Both the position numbers and the translations under genes were made by a program. This document shows positions 1 to 8,829 of a stretch of 64,000 bases of DNA, in pieces. Each line of letters starts with the position of its first letter. Within the stretch, counting starts at the first letter, position 1. The notes under the pieces are model-generated. The model was not told where the DNA came from. It saw only the letters and a program-made list of their open reading frames with translations, and did not search any database. Origin of the DNA: an uncultured virus (IMG/VR IMGVR_UViG_3300035145_001531) (Duplodnaviria; Heunggongvirae; Uroviricota; Caudoviricetes); the IMG/VR virus record IMGVR_UViG_3300035145_001531; one strand, 5' to 3'.

Positions 1-690
1 GCGACGACACAGGCTCCTACGACACAGGCTCCTACGACGACTGCGGCGCCGGTAACGCTAACCTTATATGATAACGGTTCCGCTACAGCACCTCTAACGT
101 TCTCGTCAACGGTTTCTAGTAAATTAGCAAGCTGGTCAATAAGTCAATCTGGTTCAGTAACTGTTGGTAATGTTCCTAACTGGCTAACGGTCTCCGTGGC
201 TAACCTGGCTTCAAATGGTGGAACTATAACAATGAATTTAGCGCAGTCGCCAGTAGATTCAATAGCCACAACACTTACCGTTGAAGATAATTACGGTAAT
301 ACTGGTACTATTTGGGTACAATATGATGCGGGTGGTAGAGAAGTTATTACAACGACAACTGACTCTGGTGCAGGTGGAGGTACAGGTGAAACAACGACAA
401 CTGACTCCGGCGCAGGTGGAGGTACAGGTGAAACTACGACGACTAGCGCACCTACCGGCTCCGGGGGTGGTTCTGGGGAAGGTAGCGGTACTTGTAGGAG
501 TTACACATTAAATAATAATAGTTACAACGCCTCTATTTTATATTCATACTACCACTGTACTAATGGTTACACGACAGTAACCGTAGGACCGTACATGCCT
601 ATAACAGTTTGTTCTGAAGGGGCACCAACTTGTACGTCTAACTGTAGTGGTGCATCTATTACAGGTGGAACTCAATCATGCATTGGTTAA
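1..690 (+). CDS. 5'-truncated virion/fibre-like protein with Thr/Gly-rich linkers and a Cys-rich C-terminal domain
   Basis: Frame 1 is open from base 1 (ATTQAPTTQAPTTTAAP...), so the ORF extends upstream of the tracked start at 196. Mucin-like repeats; C-terminal domain with 6 Cys. Confidence 0.6.
   Translation, partial: ATTQAPTTQAPTTTAAPVTLTLYDNGSATAPLTFSSTVSSKLASWSISQSGSVTVGNVPNWLTVSVANLASNGGTITMNLAQSPVDSIATTLTVEDNYGNTGTIWVQYDAGGREVITTTTDSGAGGGTGETTTTDSGAGGGTGETTTTSAPTGSGGGSGEGSGTCRSYTLNNNSYNASILYSYYHCTNGYTTVTVGPYMPITVCSEGAPTCTSNCSGASITGGTQSCIG
349..432 (+). repeat. Two tandem 42-bp in-frame repeats (TTTTDSGAGGGTGE x2)
   Basis: 349-390 and 391-432 differ only at synonymous positions. Confidence 0.95.
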
Positions 691-701
691 TATTGTAAAT
701 T

Positions 702-1508
702 ATGAAAGATAAAATAAAAAATATACTCTCGAATAGGACTCTAGTAACATTTATCGCTGGAGCTCTTTTCGTATTGCTATTTCTTAAACAGTGTAATCAA
801 ATATCTGAATTAAAACAAGATGTAAAATACGCACAAGAAGACGCTGGTATTGCACTAAGTAATTTTAGAGCAGCCCAAGATTCTATTAAGATATTAGTTG
901 ATAAGAACGGTAATCAATTGGCTCAAATTAGATCTTTTACTATTGATTTAGATGATAAGAAGAATCAACTAATCAGCATGACTAATAAGTATAAGAAGGC
1001 TCTTAAATTAAACGATGAGCTTGAAGGAGTTAACGCTTTAATCTCAGCTGAGCTTGCGTTAAAAGATAGCCTATTAGCAGAAGCAACTATAACTAGAATA
1101 GACTCTACTACAGCAAAAGTTAACTTTAGTTCATTTGATGATTTCGGCAATGGTAATACTAGATCTTTAACAGGGTCAAGCTTGATTAAATATAATTACG
1201 GTAATTTTCAAGTTACTGACAGTAAGTTTGAAATTAGAAATACCCTAAGCCTATTAGCTGCTATTGAAAATGTAGATGGTAGTGATGTACTAAAATTATC
1301 AACATCATATCCTGGTTTAGAGATTAGAGATATTGAAAATTTAAATCTAATTAATACTAGATTAAATAGAAAAATAGAGAAAAAAGCAGGCTGGTCAATT
1401 GGTATTGGTGTGGGTTATGGTATTAACCTTAATAATAACCAAGTGATTAGCACCGGACCAAGTATTGGCTTAGGCTTATACTGGTCTCCAAAATTCTTAA
1501 GATTTTAA
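702..1508 (+). CDS. Membrane-anchored coiled-coil protein, possible spanin-like lysis protein
   Basis: N-terminal hydrophobic helix, long coiled coil, C-terminal Gly/aromatic beta-strands (WSIGIGVGYG...IGLGLYW). Confidence 0.4.
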   Translation: MKDKIKNILSNRTLVTFIAGALFVLLFLKQCNQISELKQDVKYAQEDAGIALSNFRAAQDSIKILVDKNGNQLAQIRSFTIDLDDKKNQLISMTNKYKKALKLNDELEGVNALISAELALKDSLLAEATITRIDSTTAKVNFSSFDDFGNGNTRSLTGSSLIKYNYGNFQVTDSKFEIRNTLSLLAAIENVDGSDVLKLSTSYPGLEIRDIENLNLINTRLNRKIEKKAGWSIGIGVGYGINLNNNQVISTGPSIGLGLYWSPKFLRF

Positions 1509-1511
1509 AAC

Positions 1512-3581
1512 ATGGCTGAATCATCAAGATATTTCAGAATAGACCAAGACATTCTACTTGAGTTTATCTACCACGATCAGGCAGATCCTGAAAAGTATCG
1601 TATTGAGGTAGATGATAATGGTAGTGAGGTAATGTTCTTAGATGTGGAACAGGGTAATCCCTTTGGGACTAGACACCTGATTCATGAGCTAGGTAGTGCA
1701 GTTGTCAACTTTGATGTAACTGAAATTTCTGGTTATCTTGCGGTTGAAAACTTTGCTGCTAGAACTCTACTACTACAAAACGGTAAGACCTATAAATTTG
1801 ATCTAAGTGCGCTGGCTAATCCGGCTGACTTTTCGATCAGCGGTAGTTTAGGTATATACTCGTACTCTGCTACAACTCAAATTGGAGAATTTACTCCTAA
1901 CACAAACGGTACTGTAGATTATTCTTACCCTGGTTTAATAGGCGGTAAGATTACGGTTGATACTAGAGCTAACCCTCTATTTGCGTCACCTGACGAAGCA
2001 ACAGGAAATGATATAAACCAGACTATTGGTAGATACCATGCTGTTAATGTTCCAGGTGGGGACAAGACTAAATATGCTCTATTAGGGTATGATTCTACCG
2101 GTAATTATGAAATGCATAATTTCATTAATAATTCGTTAGAGTGGACTGGATCTAGAGAAAACGATATGTTGAATTATCAGCAAGATGCTACTGATAATAT
2201 TAATTTTATCTTATATGATACTGTAAGACTACACTTAAGATCTGGATTTTCTTTTGCTGCTAGAGGTTATGAGGGTTTCTTATTCGAGGTTAGTACTGAG
2301 AGAAATAATGCTGTTAAAAACTTTTTAACTCAATTAGTTTATCTAAATCAAAGTAACTATGAGTTCTCTAACCCAAGACCATTTATTTTAGGTGAGACTC
2401 TTTGGTCTAAATATATTAATATCAAAGTACCTTCAATTGTTGGTCAAAACCAAGAGTTCTTAGATAGATTCTATGGAGATGGTACATTAGGTGGTAGTGA
2501 TCTTAATCCATATTCTAACTATAATATTTCTTTTAAACTATTAGATCAGTTACAGACTATTAATGGTTATGATTTTGTATATACCGCAGAGGGTAATGAT
2601 TTTACCGTTGCTAGAGAAGATGAATATGTTGATTTTACAGTTGTAGTGGAAGATGCTAATGACGGAGATTACTTTAAGATCTACGGAGAGAAGGATAACT
2701 CTTTAGCCGGCTTCGAGGGCCACATTCTAAATAGAATACAAACTTCTTCAGATGATATTGTAGTTATTTTCGATGTAGATGTTTTTGAGCAAATAGGAAC
2801 ATCTTATGTGAAAACTTCTACTAATACGTTTACCCAATACGAAGATTTTAGTACTCCTATTACGTTTAGACCTGTGATTCAAAATGCTGGTACTGCTGTT
2901 AATTTCTCGATCGACGTAACGATGAGAATTTACAACCAGACTGATAATACTCAAATCACTAAACGAGCGTCGCTAATAACACACCAAGCAAATAAGTATG
3001 GTAAAAGATTAGCTGCTCTAAAGATTGATAATCCAAATATTTTAACAGAAGTCTATAATGTTTTACCTAGTTTAACTTCTAATAAAACTATCTCAGGGTT
3101 TATCACTGATAATTTACCTAGATCTGTAAAATACGTACCCACATTTATTGAGAGGTACAACGTAATTGCATCGGCATCTAAGGTAGAGTTATTAGGCGCA
3201 GGAACTAACGAGATGATTAAAGATGTGGAAGAGGTGGATTCTTCTGGCTTTGTAAATGAAGGAGACTTAAATATTAGTATTCCACCGTTTGCTACATATA
3301 TTAAATTCGTAATAGGCAAGAAAAGAGGGGATGACTTTGAGTTAATTTCTTTTGAGAATGCCGAGCTGGTGATTTTAACCTTTAATGATGGTGCAACTAA
3401 ATTGAAGTTCAACCACGTCTATAACAAAGATATTGATATGGGTAACGGTGAAGTCTTATTTAAGATTAACGAACAGAACGCTAATACAATTAGAGGCATG
3501 AAGTCTAATACATTCTATATCAGTATTGATAATGGTACAGATGAGACTATGATTACTAAAGGAAAATTCACTAACGTATAA
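1512..3581 (+). CDS. Large beta-rich hypothetical protein, probably structural
   Basis: 689-aa ORF that abuts the gp3-like gene; no catalytic motif recognised. Confidence 0.45.
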   Translation: MAESSRYFRIDQDILLEFIYHDQADPEKYRIEVDDNGSEVMFLDVEQGNPFGTRHLIHELGSAVVNFDVTEISGYLAVENFAARTLLLQNGKTYKFDLSALANPADFSISGSLGIYSYSATTQIGEFTPNTNGTVDYSYPGLIGGKITVDTRANPLFASPDEATGNDINQTIGRYHAVNVPGGDKTKYALLGYDSTGNYEMHNFINNSLEWTGSRENDMLNYQQDATDNINFILYDTVRLHLRSGFSFAARGYEGFLFEVSTERNNAVKNFLTQLVYLNQSNYEFSNPRPFILGETLWSKYINIKVPSIVGQNQEFLDRFYGDGTLGGSDLNPYSNYNISFKLLDQLQTINGYDFVYTAEGNDFTVAREDEYVDFTVVVEDANDGDYFKIYGEKDNSLAGFEGHILNRIQTSSDDIVVIFDVDVFEQIGTSYVKTSTNTFTQYEDFSTPITFRPVIQNAGTAVNFSIDVTMRIYNQTDNTQITKRASLITHQANKYGKRLAALKIDNPNILTEVYNVLPSLTSNKTISGFITDNLPRSVKYVPTFIERYNVIASASKVELLGAGTNEMIKDVEEVDSSGFVNEGDLNISIPPFATYIKFVIGKKRGDDFELISFENAELVILTFNDGATKLKFNHVYNKDIDMGNGEVLFKINEQNANTIRGMKSNTFYISIDNGTDETMITKGKFTNV

Positions 3582-4132
3582 TGATACTCAATAGTAGAAA
3601 TAATTCATTTGATTTTAGATTTCCAAGAAACTTTATTCCTAAAGAAGTATCTGAGAAATACAAGAAGTACTTGAACAAAGTGCCTGGTGGACTTTTAGCC
3701 GAACCTGTTGATTTTGTCAATTACTCTATCCAGGGTATTAACATCCCAGGTGTGGCGTTTGACCCAATTACTCAAGCAGATAATGATGGTACAACAAGAT
3801 ACCATAGAGGTGCAGTGCCAATTCAGAATACAATTACTAGAGAGTTCACAGTGACTATGCAACTCCTAGATGGTTTTATTAACTACTGGATTATGATGGA
3901 CACTCTACTTTATTATTATGCAAGGTCTACTAAAGAGCCTTACATTGACCCATTTACTCTAAGGATATTAGATGCTGAAGGTAGTTCGGTGGCATATATG
4001 GAGTTCAATAAAATTATTATGAATTCTATCAATGAGCTTAATCTTAACATGGCAGAGAACGTCGCAGATTTTAGCACGTTTGAATGTACATTTGTATACA
4101 ATAAGCTCGACCTGAAATTAGAAATAGAATAA
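3581..4132 (+). CDS. T4 gp3-like tail tube terminator / tail-tube-fold protein
   Basis: YSIQGINIPG, TLRILD and C-terminal F.CTF.Y pattern typical of gp3/gp19-fold proteins; 183 aa. Confidence 0.55.
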   Translation: MILNSRNNSFDFRFPRNFIPKEVSEKYKKYLNKVPGGLLAEPVDFVNYSIQGINIPGVAFDPITQADNDGTTRYHRGAVPIQNTITREFTVTMQLLDGFINYWIMMDTLLYYYARSTKEPYIDPFTLRILDAEGSSVAYMEFNKIIMNSINELNLNMAENVADFSTFECTFVYNKLDLKLEIE

Positions 4133-4133
4133 A

Positions 4134-4141
4134 GATATATA
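4134..4141 (+). promoter_or_regulatory. Putative late promoter GATATATA (first of ~17 copies)
   Basis: Same octamer at 5894, 10330, 26941, 39594, 40441, 41558, 44323, 45969, 46352, 48571, 50148, 56039, 58065, 60593, 63500 (+) and 51926-51933 (-), nearly always just upstream of a structural gene. Confidence 0.8.
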
Positions 4142-4145
4142 AATC

Positions 4146-4517
4146 ATGAGAACATTTAATGAATATTTAGTAGAGCAAAAGATTACTGAGACTGATATGC
4201 AACTCTTACAAGAGGGTTTACAGTCTGAGTGGACTCCTGAACTAGAAGAAAAGGTAGATCTAGCTCTAGAACAATTTGTAACACAGTACCTAAACGAAGA
4301 GACTGGGCAATTTGATTTAGATAGATTAGAAGAAGATATAATTGAAGAGGGTCTACTAGGTTCTATTATTGGTGGTCTAACTGGTTTTGCATTAGGCAAA
4401 TCAATTGGTAAAATGATCGCTAAGGTTCTCGGTATTCAAAAAGGTATCTTCTACGATTTATTAACCTCCAGATTAGTCGGTGCTGCCCTAGGCGCTGCAA
4501 TGGGAAAAAGAATCTAA
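4146..4517 (+). CDS. Putative internal head protein with C-terminal glycine-zipper hydrophobic helices
   Basis: N-terminus MRTFNEYLVE resembles T4 internal-protein targeting peptides; GxxxG helices follow IIEE; late promoter upstream. Confidence 0.5.
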   Translation: MRTFNEYLVEQKITETDMQLLQEGLQSEWTPELEEKVDLALEQFVTQYLNEETGQFDLDRLEEDIIEEGLLGSIIGGLTGFALGKSIGKMIAKVLGIQKGIFYDLLTSRLVGAALGAAMGKRI

Positions 4518-4518
4518 T

Positions 4519-5190
4519 TTGAATCTCGTCACAGTCGACTTCTCGCTTAATTCCCCTGGTATTTGTATCTGGCAGTCTGATACAGATGAATATCACTTTG
4601 TCTCCTATATTAAAGCAGGTCAAGGTACAAAAGCAGAACAAAAACACCAAGAAGAAATTTCTACGTTCTCAGACGTAACTCTAGTTCATCAACCCGACTG
4701 GAAAGCTAATTTAGGTGATTATGCTAAAAATGAATTGGCTAAAGTCAGAAGATATATGCAAATGGCAGATCAGATTATTAATCTAATTGTCAGCATTACA
4801 CAAACTAAGCAAAATTACTATATTGCTTTCGAGGGCTCATCTTATGGTTCAAAGATGGGTACTAATAATATCATCGACATGGCGGCAGGTGCAGCCATTC
4901 TAAAAGAACAGATGATTTCTCAGCTTGACGTCAAAGATCTATTGACAGTAGCTCCTACTACAATTAAGAAACATGCTGGAAAGGGTAATATGAATAAAGC
5001 TGCTCTATGGAAAGCTTTTATCGATAATGTTTTACAAGATGAACAACTTGCAAAGTCGTCCCTATTCACTTATTGTCAGAAAGAAATTGGAGAGGTTAAG
5101 AAAGTTCCAAAGCCATTTGACGATCTAGTTGATGCCTGGTTTCTTAATCATTATTTACTAACTCAACTCGAGGGAAATTTGCCAGACTAA
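4519..5190 (+). CDS. RuvC-like Holliday junction resolvase
   Basis: RNase H-fold motifs: VTVDFSLNSPGIC, IAFEG, IKKHAGKGN.NK, DDLVDAW. Confidence 0.75.
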   Translation: MNLVTVDFSLNSPGICIWQSDTDEYHFVSYIKAGQGTKAEQKHQEEISTFSDVTLVHQPDWKANLGDYAKNELAKVRRYMQMADQIINLIVSITQTKQNYYIAFEGSSYGSKMGTNNIIDMAAGAAILKEQMISQLDVKDLLTVAPTTIKKHAGKGNMNKAALWKAFIDNVLQDEQLAKSSLFTYCQKEIGEVKKVPKPFDDLVDAWFLNHYLLTQLEGNLPD

Positions 5191-5270
5191 CCAAGTCTCT
5201 GCCTTCAGGCTAATCTCTGCCTACAGTTCCATCCGCTAACTAATCTTTCCCCTGGGGTTAAATACATAAC

Positions 5271-5298
5271 TTATATGCGACTTCCCAGAAAAGGTTTC
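5271..5298 (-). promoter_or_regulatory. Putative middle-class promoter AAAC-N18-TATAA on the minus strand
   Basis: Reverse complement reads GAAAC-cttttctgggaagtcgca-TATAA, the same geometry as about 11 plus-strand copies. Confidence 0.5.
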
Positions 5299-5478
5299 AA
5301 AGCTCTCAAACTTTTTTCAAAAAACTTTAGTGCGATGTATAGAGCTCTATTCTGGCAGGTATAACGACTGTCATATTACAGCCATCACAACATTTTCCAG
5401 AGTCTTTAACTGGCCACGGATTATTACCGTATTGCCCCTTGATAAGCTCGTCGCAAATGCAACATTTAAAAGGTTCTT

Positions 5479-5775
5479 TTACCATACTTGTGTCATTGAT
5501 TCACCGTACTCGGCGATGTCGTCTTTAATAATATTGATAATGTCTTCGATTCGCCTTACATCTTCCATCGGCAATCCAAGTGTTTTTGAGTCTTCAAGCA
5601 GAGTATCATATAGATAACCATCCCAGATACCGCTAAGAGCATTTGTTACGTTGTTAAAGATACTTTCATCATTGTCAATACACCATGACTGGACTCGTCT
5701 AATGGTTTCTGCGTGGTAGCTCATAAGCTCCCCGTCAAATAATTGGTGTCTGTTGAATCTTTGATAATTTGCCAT
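5479..5775 (-). CDS. Hypothetical early protein
   Basis: 98-aa ORF directly downstream of the minus-strand early promoter repeat at 5787-5815. Confidence 0.65.
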   Translation of the reverse strand: MANYQRFNRHQLFDGELMSYHAETIRRVQSWCIDNDESIFNNVTNALSGIWDGYLYDTLLEDSKTLGLPMEDVRRIEDIINIIKDDIAEYGESMTQVW

Positions 5776-5786
5776 TTGTCTCCTTG

Positions 5787-5815
5787 TTTAATTACAGTAC
5801 TAATATAATAAAAAA
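5787..5815 (-). promoter_or_regulatory. Putative early (host-sigma) promoter, 29-bp exact repeat
   Basis: Reverse complement TTTTTTATTATATTAGTACTGTAATTAAA is identical to 19534-19562; TATATTAG resembles the Bacteroidota -7 TAnnTTTG element. Confidence 0.7.
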
Positions 5816-5931
5816 ATCTGATATATGAAACTTTTTTAGCAACTATTTTGCAAAAAACTTATTAACATCACCGCAGAAACAAATCAGAATGTAGATATAT
5901 AATATGTATAACAAACAAAAGAATTGGTGAT

Positions 5932-6126
5932 ATGTTGATTACAGCGGACTACTTCCGTCTCAATGAGATCCTTACACAAATGGTGGAAGCTAACCAGCTC
6001 ACAGAAGGTGAGCGTGAAGAGTTACTACACAAATCAGGGCTGATTAAGCAAGAGGACGGGACATGGAAGGAAGTATCTACAGACTCTAGAACAGGGTATG
6101 CTGAAGCTTATTTGACATTGGACTGA
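5932..6126 (+). CDS. Hypothetical protein
   Basis: 64-aa ORF downstream of promoter motifs at 5876-5903. Confidence 0.55.
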   Translation: MLITADYFRLNEILTQMVEANQLTEGEREELLHKSGLIKQEDGTWKEVSTDSRTGYAEAYLTLD

Positions 6127-6152
6127 AACTATTGATTGTTGTGCAACTATAA
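6125..6152 (+). promoter_or_regulatory. Putative middle promoter GAAAC-N18-TATAA upstream of gp32
   Basis: Same AAAC-N17/18-TATAA(T) geometry at 5876, 8371, 20748, 24430, 30229, 33002, 34991 (TAGAAT variant), 42825, 52437, 54950. Confidence 0.65.
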
Positions 6153-6203
6153 GGTATTGAAAGTAATTTTCAAGTTTTAAACATTTAAACAATTTTAAGT
6201 ATC

Positions 6204-7133
6204 ATGAGTGAAAATTTTGACATTTTTAACTTGGGCGTAGAAGACGTTGAAACGCATCAGCCCCAACAAACAACGGTAAACGAAGTTTACAAACCAACTG
6301 CCGATGACGGCAAAGACGGAACTTACAAAGCACTAGTGCGTTTTGTTCCAAACCCAGAGAATCCAAGAAAATCTCTGATTCAAAAGTACGTACACTGGAT
6401 GACTAACTCAAACGGTGACGGTAAATTAGTTGACTCTCCAGCTACTATCGGCGAGCACTGTCCAATTGCAGATGTATTCTGGAAATTGCGCAAGTCTGAC
6501 TCAGCGGTAGATCGAAAATCTTCTGAGAAGCTAAAGAGACGTCAGCAGTACTATTCTCTTATTAAGATTATTAAAGATCCACAAAACCCAGAACTAGAGG
6601 GTACTTACAAAGTATTCAAATTCGGTTACAAGATCAAAGAAAAGATCGACTCTGAGTTGAAGCCTGATTTTGGTGAGCCAACACAAGTATACGATCTATT
6701 TGAAGGTAAGAACTTTGAATTAGTTATCACTCGCCAAGGTGAGTACAATAACTACGATAAGTCTAAGTTCTCTTCTAGTAAATCTGCAATCTTAATGGGT
6801 GATACTCCAGCAGAAAGAACTCAAGAGGCAATGAGTCAAATTAAAGCTGAACTAGAGAATGCTCCTTCATTGGCACAATATGACTATAAGCCATGGGACG
6901 AAGACACTAGAGCATTCGTTAACAACGTTCTTAGAATGTATCTAAATCCAGGTGACTCGATCGCCGCAGTAACTGCAACTCCAGCTTCAAAGCAAGCAAC
7001 TGCTAAAGCAGAACCTGCTCCTGTGGCAGCACCAGCAGCAGTAGCCGCACCTGCAAAAGTAGACACTGAAACAGCTGCACCTGCAAATACGGATGATGAT
7101 TTAGATTCCTTCTTAAATGACCTCAACCTCTAA
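6204..7133 (+). CDS. gp32: Single-stranded DNA-binding protein
   Basis: G.YKALVRFVP, CPI, FKFG.KI, GKNFEL, NYDKSKF, acidic tail DDDLDSFLNDL. Confidence 0.9.
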   Translation: MSENFDIFNLGVEDVETHQPQQTTVNEVYKPTADDGKDGTYKALVRFVPNPENPRKSLIQKYVHWMTNSNGDGKLVDSPATIGEHCPIADVFWKLRKSDSAVDRKSSEKLKRRQQYYSLIKIIKDPQNPELEGTYKVFKFGYKIKEKIDSELKPDFGEPTQVYDLFEGKNFELVITRQGEYNNYDKSKFSSSKSAILMGDTPAERTQEAMSQIKAELENAPSLAQYDYKPWDEDTRAFVNNVLRMYLNPGDSIAAVTATPASKQATAKAEPAPVAAPAAVAAPAKVDTETAAPANTDDDLDSFLNDLNL

Positions 7134-8196
7134 TCCTATACAGTTAACAGAGGAGCTTAAGAGTAGAATAAAGAAAGCACTAAAACAAGTTTGTGTAGAA
7201 CATCATTCTACTCCTAATAAGCAACTACTTAAAGACATGCCAGGGCGTATAACCCTGGCGTGTCCTTATTGTGGTGATTCTCATACTGATGATACCAAGA
7301 AACGTGGTAACATGTATTGGGACACTTTGCAGTATCATTGCTATAACTGCTCTCACCACACAAACCTGCATAGTTTCTTAAAGGACCATCAGGTTAAAAT
7401 GCCCAACAATGGTGACTCATTTACTATTATCGACTATATTAAGGCTAATAAGACACAGGTTACTCAAGACGAAGTCTTACAGAATCAGTCATTAGCTAAA
7501 GTACAGGAATTAGGGTTAACAGTCGATGAGTTTAAACAAGTATTTGGGGCTAAAGAGATTGAACCTGGGGACTGGATTTGGTTTCAGTTAAAAGACCGAT
7601 TATTACATAATAAAGCAGATGAGTTTCTGTTTTCCCCCAAAGGCAATAGACTGTGGATTCTAAACCGTGGGCTTGAAGGTAAAATTATCGGTGCACAATC
7701 CAGAAGAATGAAGGGCTATGGGTCTAGATACCTGACCTATGACCTACCAAAAATATATGAAGAGTGGAATAAACCGCTCGATCTATCACAAGAGGAATTA
7801 AACAAACTTGCAAAAGCCAGCACGCTATTTGGTATTATGCAAGTTAATTTCCAACAACCAGTAACTCTGTTCGAGGGGCCTATTGACGCTAAGTTTATGC
7901 ACAACTCTTTAGCGTTAGCTACAGCGGGACGTTCCACAGAAGAGTTTGATGAAATGGCAACAGTACGTTATATGTTTGATAACGATACTACTGGTAAAAA
8001 GAAGATGATGGAAAAATTAAAGAAAGGTAGACCTGTTTTTATGTGGTCTAAATTTCTAGAAGATTTTAAGCTAGATACATATAATATCAAGGATTTAAAC
8101 GACTTGGTAAGAGTATGTTTTGAGCAGAAGTCTCCGGCATGGAAACAAATTGAAAACTACTTTACATCAAGCGAATTAGACCTATGGTATGTATAA
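7117..8196 (+). CDS. gp61: DNA primase
   Basis: Zn finger CPYCGDS...YHCYNC; TOPRIM motifs FEGPIDAKF and FDND; KDLND. Confidence 0.9.
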   Translation: MTSTSNPIQLTEELKSRIKKALKQVCVEHHSTPNKQLLKDMPGRITLACPYCGDSHTDDTKKRGNMYWDTLQYHCYNCSHHTNLHSFLKDHQVKMPNNGDSFTIIDYIKANKTQVTQDEVLQNQSLAKVQELGLTVDEFKQVFGAKEIEPGDWIWFQLKDRLLHNKADEFLFSPKGNRLWILNRGLEGKIIGAQSRRMKGYGSRYLTYDLPKIYEEWNKPLDLSQEELNKLAKASTLFGIMQVNFQQPVTLFEGPIDAKFMHNSLALATAGRSTEEFDEMATVRYMFDNDTTGKKKMMEKLKKGRPVFMWSKFLEDFKLDTYNIKDLNDLVRVCFEQKSPAWKQIENYFTSSELDLWYV

Positions 8197-8393
8197 AAGA
8201 AATGGAAGATAAGTTAGAAGACTTTTTTAAAGACTCTGATAGATTTAAAGGCAACAAGCTTTTAGTCGGCTTTGATGTAGATGAGTTTAACGTACAGAGT
8301 AAAGATTTTGCTGTGGAAAAGCCTAAACTTAAGAAGGGCCAAAAGGCTGCTAAGTTTATTAAGTCTAATCCAAACAAAAAATCTCTGTTCTAA
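8184..8393 (+). CDS. Hypothetical protein
   Basis: 69-aa ORF tightly packed between primase and UvsY. Confidence 0.55.
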   Translation: MVCIKEMEDKLEDFFKDSDRFKGNKLLVGFDVDEFNVQSKDFAVEKPKLKKGQKAAKFIKSNPNKKSLF

Positions 8394-8403
8394 TATAACT
8401 AAT

Positions 8404-8826
8404 ATGAGTAAAGAAAAGATTCAGGCCCTAGATCAAAAGTTATCTGCCCAAAGACAACAGTGGTCAGATACTGTTAGGGGCCTAGCAAAGGGACTAAAGA
8501 AAGTCGACGGCATGGAAGATGTTATCGCTGAGGTGTTATCTTCAAGACAGACCATGGTCGACCAAATCGCGTACCTTAATGTAAAAATAAAAGAACAAAG
8601 AACGGCAATCTCAGTTAGATACCGCGAGGCATATATCAGATATTATGAGTATGACTACAAACTAGGTGAGAAGCAAAAGGAAAGGTTTATCGAAACCGAT
8701 CTGGCAGATGAGAATATTATTCTATCTCATCTAGAAAATCAACTAGACTTTTTTAATAGCTCAGTAAAAACCCTAGATAATATGGGCTTTGCTATTAGAA
8801 ATAGGTTGTCGTTGAATGGACTATAA
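8404..8826 (+). CDS. uvsY: UvsY-like recombination mediator
   Basis: Helical ~140 aa ending KTLDNMGFAIRNRL, directly before UvsW. Start moved to ATG 8404, downstream of the promoter motif at 8371-8398. Confidence 0.7.
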   Translation: MSKEKIQALDQKLSAQRQQWSDTVRGLAKGLKKVDGMEDVIAEVLSSRQTMVDQIAYLNVKIKEQRTAISVRYREAYIRYYEYDYKLGEKQKERFIETDLADENIILSHLENQLDFFNSSVKTLDNMGFAIRNRLSLNGL

Positions 8827-8829
8827 TAG

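Noticed and set aside
5330..5617. 95-aa plus-strand ORF
   Set aside because: Overlaps the better-supported minus-strand gene 5479-5775, which has a promoter; atypical composition.
8281..8403. N-terminal extension of UvsY in the ORF track
   Set aside because: Overlaps ORF 8184-8393 and lies upstream of the promoter motif; ATG 8404 is more plausible.
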